28,790 bases of DNA from Selaginella moellendorffii (lineage: Eukaryota > Plantae > Lycopodiophyta), in contig NW_003314419.1 in assembly GCF_000143415.4 (NCBI RefSeq), positions 220,111-248,900 of the forward strand, given 5' to 3'. Position 1 is the first letter of the stretch. Every line of letters starts with the position of its first letter. Positions 22,150 to 28,790 of this stretch are shown here, piece by piece. Below the pieces are notes generated by a model. The model was not told the origin of the DNA, ran no database searches, and saw nothing but the letters and a program-made list of their open reading frames with translations. The position numbers and the translations under genes are program-made.

Positions 22150-23070
22150 TTTTGATCTGGTCTACAAACCTGTTCGGCTTTGGGTGCAGGTTCATTTAAA
22201 AAAGGTCTGCAAGGGGAGCTTGTGGCTGCTACAGATCTCTGAGTGAATCGGACGAGTAAAAGACTGAGCGAAGGCTGGGCTTTTATGTAAGGTGCCTTTC
22301 TGGTACCTTCATCTGCTTTTCAAGTTCATCAGTCACTCAACTTGATTCAAAATGCAGGAAAAGCTGGGCAGAAAAATGCGTATAATGAATAAAGCACTGA
22401 TCTGATCTCTTCTCCAGCATCGCCGAATCTTCTCCCCTGTGCACAACAAAGTGGAGCTCGCATCTTTGCTAAGTCCGTGTCTTGGGCCAGGCACTGTATC
22501 ACAATATCGTCACCATCTCAATGCTTTCGTAGACAATGAGAGAAAGAACCTCAAGAAAACATGGCTTTGGGTGGATCTTCAATGTAGAAAGTAGATTAAA
22601 TGCAAATGGTCAGCATGGCCTTATACAAGCTTGATGATTTCCTCATTCTCTTGTGGAATTCATCGAGAATCTGAGCAAACGTGGACTGTATCTTTGCTGC
22701 TCAGTGCTTGGCACAATCTTCGTATGGCAACCTTGGGTTCTTGCTTAACTTGCAATGTTTTGGAGGGCTAAACTAAGTACATTAAACCTATTGCCGACTA
22801 GATTATCAGCTGGCCATCATTGTATATACAATAAAGTCTCCTGGCTAACAAGCCCTTGTCTCCTTTCCAATGTCTTTCCTACATTACGCAGGCAATTCAG
22901 TCGTGCCTCAAGGTTGATGGACCAAGACAATTCGGTTCGCAGCTCTGGCATTGGAGGTGGCACATCTGTTTCTTGTTTATCCAAAAAATGCCCTCCACTT
23001 TGGTGTCTTAGGCTGCTGCATCTCCACATAAATTTTGTCTCTCTATGGACGTGGCATGACAAAAGAAAAT
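22150..23070. pseudogene. Unidentified gene fragments (+ strand ~22150-22740; probable - strand exon ~22785-23050)
   Basis: GC-richer coding-like patches with short intron-like segments. No family recognised. Confidence 0.3.
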
Positions 23071-24347
23071 TGCAGCGACCTATAAACTCACTTCTCTGTC
23101 TCATTGAGACTCACACAAAAGAGCCAACCAGGCAAGTTTCTTATGCTCAAGTCTGACAATCATTTTTCTGGTGTTTATATTACAAAACAGACAAATAATA
23201 ACATCAATTATTGATTTTGATTTCCTGTTTTTACACAATGCATTAATGAAGCTAAGAACTATTATTTCCCTCAAAAAGGCCTGGAAGAACAAAACTGAAG
23301 CACCAGCTGCTGGTTGGTTTTATTTTTTTCTAGCAGCAAGGTTGTTTTTCTGTAGAGACAAAAATTGATCTGGAATCCTAGATGTTCCTATAGACACAAT
23401 CAAGGTCATGTAAGGAATGCTGTGTAAGGGATCAGAGCCTTGACTGTGGCACTAGATTCAACCAAGAGTATTGTTCTTAGCCAGGACTCAGGACCAAACA
23501 CTTCAATGATGACATGGATTATTATTATAGCTAAGTCTATCACTGACTTAAAGGTATACAGCCATTTCTCCATATGATCTTTACCATTTGTTGAATTTAG
23601 TTGCATGAGAATCCTCTAGAAACATTAAGAGCCAAAGTGCTAACATAAGTATCAGATTTGGACAAGCTGAGAGTTCCTTATAGGAGGCTACAGAAAGAAA
23701 CTTCAAACCATTACCATGTCAAGAGGACTTCACTTTCCCTCAATGTTTCCAAAAGCCCTTTTATGAAATGTAATGGATATGCACCTGTCTGTAGAAACTT
23801 TGAAAGCTAAAGCACATTCTCAATAAATCAGAACCTACTTTAATTTCTCTGATAATGAGTAAACCAAAATAATCCTACTCTTTCCAAACAAATATACTCT
23901 TTACTTGTGAATTGATGTTCTTCTCCTTGGTGGAGCACTTCTTTCTCTAAATACACACAAACTTTGCACTATAATTAAAAAATTGCTTTATACTTGAATG
24001 AAAGTGGGCTTCCATTTCATGCATAGACTCAATATAATCTCTGCAAATGAGAAATATAAAAGAGTAACTTTTAGTTAATAATAATGGTATATTCGGTTTT
24101 CTTATTTCTTATAAAATGTTTTAAAATAGTATTAGACTATTTCTTATGATCTTAATATGTATTAAAATTATTAGCACTAAACATTAATCCAAAAACTACT
24201 CTCTCCATTACTCATAAATTTTTACAAGTATACCATAACTTATTTAAAACTATTCATTTCAAAAATTATTGAAATATCTAAAGAAATCACTAAAAATATA
24301 ATTAAATTTTCTCTTGGAAATTTTTTAATTTTATTTTAATATATAAT

Positions 24348-24372
24348 TTCCAGCAGAGCTGGAATCTCAGCA
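24348..24372 (+). repeat. Internal degenerate subfamily-X-like hairpin without CTAG
   Basis: TTCCAGCagaGCTGGAA tctcagca, compared with ctCCCAGCagaGCTGGG gtctctgcta at 12384. Confidence 0.5.
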
Positions 24373-24942
24373 TAATCACACTTCATTAATAAAATTAAAC
24401 ATAATTTTGTTATACAAATATGGTATATAGCAGAGACATAAAAAAATATACTATAACATTAAATTAAATAAGTACAGCCTATAGAACATGAAATATTTCA
24501 TAAGTTAAAATAGAAGAGTTGAATAGCACCAGCTATTTTAACTTGTAAATTAGTTTTAATTTTGAAAATAATCTTATAATATATATTACACATTCATCAA
24601 TAAATCTAATCACATTGAGTTGTCAATTACCTCAGATATAGTGTAAGATTTGTGCAATATCATAAAGTTATAATACCGTTTTTAAGACTAATAAGTTGTG
24701 CATTGATACATGAAAAACGTTTTTAAAAAATATAATCATATAAAGGTAAAATCATGATTGAGACAACATTACACACAATACAAAAGGCTACCATCTGAAA
24801 AAAAATGTCATTCATCATCACTTATACTTTTATTATTATTAAATTAATCTATAGAACTTTCTTAAATTTTCTGATATAGTATGATTTTGAAAAAAGATTC
24901 TGTATCATGCATACCATAATATCAGAGTAAAAATTTAACTTT

Positions 24943-25191
24943 NNNNNNNNNNNNNNNNNNNNNNNNNNNNNNNNNNNNNNNNNNNNNNNNNNNNNNNNNN
25001 NNNNNNNNNNNNNNNNNNNNNNNNNNNNNNNNNNNNNNNNNNNNNNNNNNNNNNNNNNNNNNNNNNNNNNNNNNNNNNNNNNNNNNNNNNNNNNNNNNNN
25101 NNNNNNNNNNNNNNNNNNNNNNNNNNNNNNNNNNNNNNNNNNNNNNNNNNNNNNNNNNNNNNNNNNNNNNNNNNNNNNNNNNNNNNNNNNN
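24943..25191. other. Assembly gap
   Basis: N run within the subfamily-Y subterminal repeat. Confidence 1.
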
Positions 25192-25637
25192 TAGTGTGTT
25201 TTAAATCTATATTGTTTAACATCATTATATTTTAGTGTTTTTAAATAATAGTTACTTTATTAAGCGGAAAAATGTTAGAGTTGAATGAATCATGAAGAAA
25301 GAATATTTTATAGATTTCAAATAAAAGAAAAACTTAGTTACCAAATCTCAATGTCTAAATGACTCATTTGGCCATGGGATTTCATAGTGAGGAATTCCAT
25401 TTATAAAAGATCCAAGACTTCTGTCAACAATCAGAGTTTTAAATGTGATTTAATGTTATGAGTTATATTTATTATATTTTGATGTGTGGTTGTGATAGAG
25501 TCAATTGTAGAAGGGATTTTTAATATAAATATTATATTATGTTTAACTATGTATGTTATCATTATGATTATGTTAAAAATTATAATTATGATCACAACTC
25601 TTTGAAATTACTAAAATATCAGAAATAAACATGATGC

Positions 25638-25664
25638 TCCCAGCGTAGCTGGGACTTTTGCTAG
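25638..25664 (+). other. Helitron 3' terminus (hairpin + CTAG), subfamily Y
   Basis: TCCCAGCgtaGCTGGGA cttttg CTAG t. Confidence 0.8.
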
Positions 25665-26124
25665 TACTCCCTTATTTAAACGTGCTATTGGCATGTGGCA
25701 TATGGCGTCTTTTATTCCAGTTTTAGAATATTATTTCTGAATATACTTATAATCTAACGGTTCAAATTCAAAAACTTCAAATAGATGGCATAGATCAGGT
25801 GCCAAAGGGGTGGCAACGCTTCAATGTGATTTTAATGACGCTCCAAATTAAGGAAATTTTTAGGGCAGATTGTGAGCTGCAAAAGTCTTACCTCTATTCT
25901 CCCTGCGGTTCAGCTTTAAAATATTACTATGTTCAGCTTTAAAAGACGAGCGAAAGGCCCTTCCCGTCTGTCATTTTTGCACGAGGTCGATAGTGACACT
26001 GATGAAAGGGAAATGACAGCGATGAAGGCGAAATTGACAGCGCTGGTATGGTTTGGCAGCTTCAATCAAATCCAGTAAAAGATGAGAGGTGGCAGATGAA
26101 CAGAAAAATAAAAAAACTGGGCAA

Positions 26125-28010
26125 GTTTGGGATTTCACCAGTATTGTTTGTGTTTTTTCCAACCATGATGTTCGTGATTCCAGCGGAAGTTCTCGAAGGC
26201 CAAATTAATCTTTTGAGTCGAGCTAGCAGAAGTTCAACTCGCAAAGCTCTTGGCAGGAAAGAGGTGGATCAGACGCCATAAACACGTAAACCTCCTATTT
26301 TCTTTCATTTTTTTCTTCAGGAATTCCATCTCTTGTTGCCAAGCCGCTGGAGTGTAGGGAATTAAAATGCCTGATTCGGTAAATTCATGAAGCCTTGTTC
26401 TGCTTTTCCTGACGAACACTGTAGGTACTCCAAAGGCCTCAGCTACGATTCTAGACTGGACTGGGACAGCAAGGCTGCTTCTCAATCTTCCTCGCATTCA
26501 TTGTTCTTCTTCTCAGAACTTGGTAGCCACAAAATCTAAAACAAGCACTGACTAAAGTCACGCAGATCCGAGTTCATTAAAAATCCTGGACCGCATAAGG
26601 TGCTGGTATAGTATCATAAATTTTTTTTTATGATGCTAATCAAAATCTCTCTCTTTTGCACTTCTTTTTAGGTGAAAGTTATTCTTTTTTCTGACACAGA
26701 AGAGCGTGCATTTCCATTCAGAAGAGAAGCAGCCAAGAAGGACTCCGAGTTGATGTCTTTCGGATGTGTTTTGTGGAGGCAAGAGGGAGGTTCGATTTGG
26801 AAAAGCCGGTAGTTTTAGTGATAATCACGTGAATTGATTCATGCTTTTGCGTGTGNNNNNNNNNNNNNNNNNNNNNNNNNNNNNNNNNNNNNNNNNNNNN
26901 NNNNNNNNNNNNNNNNNNNNNNNNNNNNNNNNNNNNNNNNNNNNNNNNNNNNNNNNNNNNNNNNNNNNNNNNNNNNNNNNNNNNNNNNNNNNNNNNNNNN
27001 NNNNNNNNNNNNNNNNNNNNNNNNNNNNNNNNNNNNNNNNNNNNNNNNNNNNNNNNNNNNNNNNNNNNNNNNNNNNNNNNNNNNNNNNNNNNNNNNNNNN
27101 NNNNNNNNNNNNNNNNNNNNNNNNNNNNNNNNNNNNNNNNNNNNNNNNNNNNNNNNNNNNNNNNNNNNNNNNNNNNNNNNNNNNNNNNNNNNNNNNNNNN
27201 NNNNNNNNNNNNNNNNNNNNNNNNNNNNNNNNNNNNNNNNNNNNNNNNNNNNNNNNNNNNNNNNNNNNNNNNNNNNNNNNNNNNNNNNNGACGATGAGGA
27301 TCGTGCAAGATGAGCTCGTAAGTGAAGACATTGATAGCCACAATTTTGCTGCTGCCACTCATACAAAGACAAGCGTTTGAGCCTATCATGTCTTGACGGC
27401 GAAATGCAAAATGTGGATACTTATATAGCTCACTGGTTAATTAATCCTCGTTTTTGTGCAGAAATTTTGCTATTACTGCCTCCCTTCTGAACCCATCCTT
27501 GAGACTTGCAGGCCGAGGCAGAACCAAGAGCAAGACGTGGCAAGGATTTTTATGATACGTTTTAGAAGAGATCCAAACCATCAAAAGCCGAGAATCAATA
27601 CCTGGTGGCGTTTGGATGATGAGGAGCAAGATTTAGCATCGATGCCTATTGCTCCATACAGTGATGCAAATGAAATCTCGGAGGTTGGTTGGTTTCACTT
27701 AGACTTTTTTCTCTTTTCTTCTCTCTTTTTTGCTATACCAAAGAGTTTTCCTGCAGGTTTTATCGTGGATTTCTAATAGTGTTCGTAACAGCGACACAAA
27801 TGAAATTCCATTCTTTGTAAGTGTTGTGGTGTTTTGAAAGTTTGGAGAACTCTTGACTGTGGGATTTTGTTAGAATACTAAGTCAGTGCTGCGTTAATAC
27901 CCGAGGAGCAAGCAGTCTCGATGCTCTCTTCAACACGGAATGCTGTGAGTGGAATGAGGAGGAGCTTGATAGACAAAGTGAACAGTTTAGTTGTGGATCT
28001 TATGGACTTT
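26125..28010 (+). pseudogene. DNAJC16: DNAJC16-like gene fragment, copy 2 (contains a 434-N gap)
   Basis: 25982-27959 aligns to 4311-6329 and carries different lesions from copy 1. The frame continues ~50 bp further (MRRSLIDKVNSLVVDLMDF). Confidence 0.85.
26856..27289. other. Assembly gap (434 N)
   Basis: N run. The flanks correspond to 5224 and 5674 in copy 1, which are 449 bp apart. Confidence 1.
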
Positions 28011-28170
28011 CAATGATAAGATTCCAATTATGTAAGTACCCTGAGATCTGTTATCAATATAATTATCAAGTATAAAAACATGAGCATGATATGATATACG
28101 AATCATATAAATCAACTGTAAATACGTTACATATTTGTACGTATGTTTATTTGACATAAGCTTAACCACA

Positions 28171-28790
28171 TCATCATCATCAAACTCTTTATTTAAAGTT
28201 GCTATTTTGGCATCGGCGTCACATATTCCATTTTTCGAATATCCATTTTTACTTATGGCAGATGCTCTCAATTCAACGATCCAGATTTGTGACGCTCCAA
28301 AGCAATGGTGCGGATTGTTACATGGTGGCAAAGAGCTTGGTTTTAGGTTTAAGAAACGGTTAATATGGCTGTCCGTATTTGGAGCATATTGGATGCTAAA
28401 ATTTTATTGTGGGAGAAGAAGCGCATCGGATGAGAAGTAGAACTTTCCTGTCCCATATACTGTACATCCAAGACCTCAAGAAGAAGGTGACATCAGAGGT
28501 GATTTTTGTTTCAGAATTTCTGAACGATACAGGTATTGCTCAGAAGAAAAAACAAATTTACTGCTTCTCTAGGTACTCTAACATTCAAGCGAATCCAGGG
28601 TGCCTTGCAGCATTTTTCCAGTCCAGTGAAGCTGATCAATGGCATCGCAACAAAATCCAGTGAGTTTTGTTTTAGAAAAAAAAATGACTACCATCTTTGG
28701 ATATGCCTGTACAGCTTGCTTTGTGTAGCTCTAGGAGATGTACTCGAGGTTCTGGTTGGAATAGGTGGAGAGGCAAGAGCTCAGGCTGGG
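28171..28790 (+). mobile_element. Helitron-like unit U5 (5' part), near-identical copy of the U1 start; runs off window
   Basis: 28171-28790 matches 3321-3945 with about 9 substitutions by eye plus a 5-bp indel. Homology begins at a TC preceded by A, as expected for a Helitron 5' end. Confidence 0.7.

Larger units (their letters stand above)
20751..25664 (+). mobile_element. Helitron-like non-autonomous unit U3
   Basis: The 5' module 20751-20945 is homologous to 12420-12598. Ends with TCCCAGC-gta-GCTGGGA (25638-25654) and CTAG (25661-25664)|T. The 3' subterminal ~24570-25664 is homologous to ~19640-20750. Confidence 0.7.
25665..28170 (+). mobile_element. Helitron-like unit U4 (5' part; interrupted or truncated by U5)
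   Basis: Begins TACTCCCTTATTTAAACGTGCTATTGGCAT, homologous to ACTCTTTATTTAAAGTTGCTATTTTGGCAT at 3339. Carries the second DNAJC16-like copy. No 3' hairpin precedes U5. Confidence 0.6.

Noticed and set aside
3287-25664. Recurring hairpins as CRISPR repeats, attC sites or rho-independent terminators
   Set aside because: Eukaryotic intron-containing context, kb-scale irregular spacing, no U-tract and no cas or integrase genes. The fixed spacing to CTAG|T fits Helitron 3' ends.
25665-25672. TACTCCCT as a Stowaway MITE terminus
   Set aside because: No matching inverted end, and the sequence aligns with the type I 5' module.
26718-27389. Long ORFs spanning N runs (also 24935-25225, 7634-7965)
   Set aside because: Artifacts of assembly gaps.
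1-28790. Pack-MULE, CACTA or LTR explanation for the gene fragments; autonomous RepHel gene
   Set aside because: I saw no terminal inverted repeats, TSDs, CACTA ends or TG..CA LTRs with a PBS. Introns are retained, so the fragments are not retrocopies. No HUH or Pif1 helicase motifs are recognisable.

Overview
This is eukaryotic plant genomic DNA. Very short (~45-70 nt) GT-AG introns, a CYP88/KAO fragment and a ciliary CFAP44 fragment point to a land plant with flagellated sperm; a lycophyte such as Selaginella is my best guess (inference). I found no intact gene and no RepHel/transposase ORF. Almost the whole window reads as a same-orientation, head-to-tail chain of non-autonomous Helitron-like elements on the + strand. 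Four complete 3' ends (CCCAG-loop-CTGGG type hairpin, then CTAG|T) end at 3312, 12411, 20750 and 25664. Each is followed at once by a conserved 5'-end module (ACTC..TATTTAAA, a small hairpin, and an ATCTAACGG-like motif), and a fifth 5' end starts at 28171. Every unit carries intron-retaining, frame-disrupted host gene fragments just behind its 5' end. These are DNAJC16-like, CYP88/KAO, a lipase-3/P-loop protein, a HAD phosphatase, F-box/Kelch, CFAP44, a UDP-glycosyltransferase and several unidentified pieces. Each complete unit then decays into an AT-rich 3' subterminal repeat, and several units hold dead internal 3' ends. There are three assembly gaps. Protein identities come from my recall of family motifs, not from a database search.
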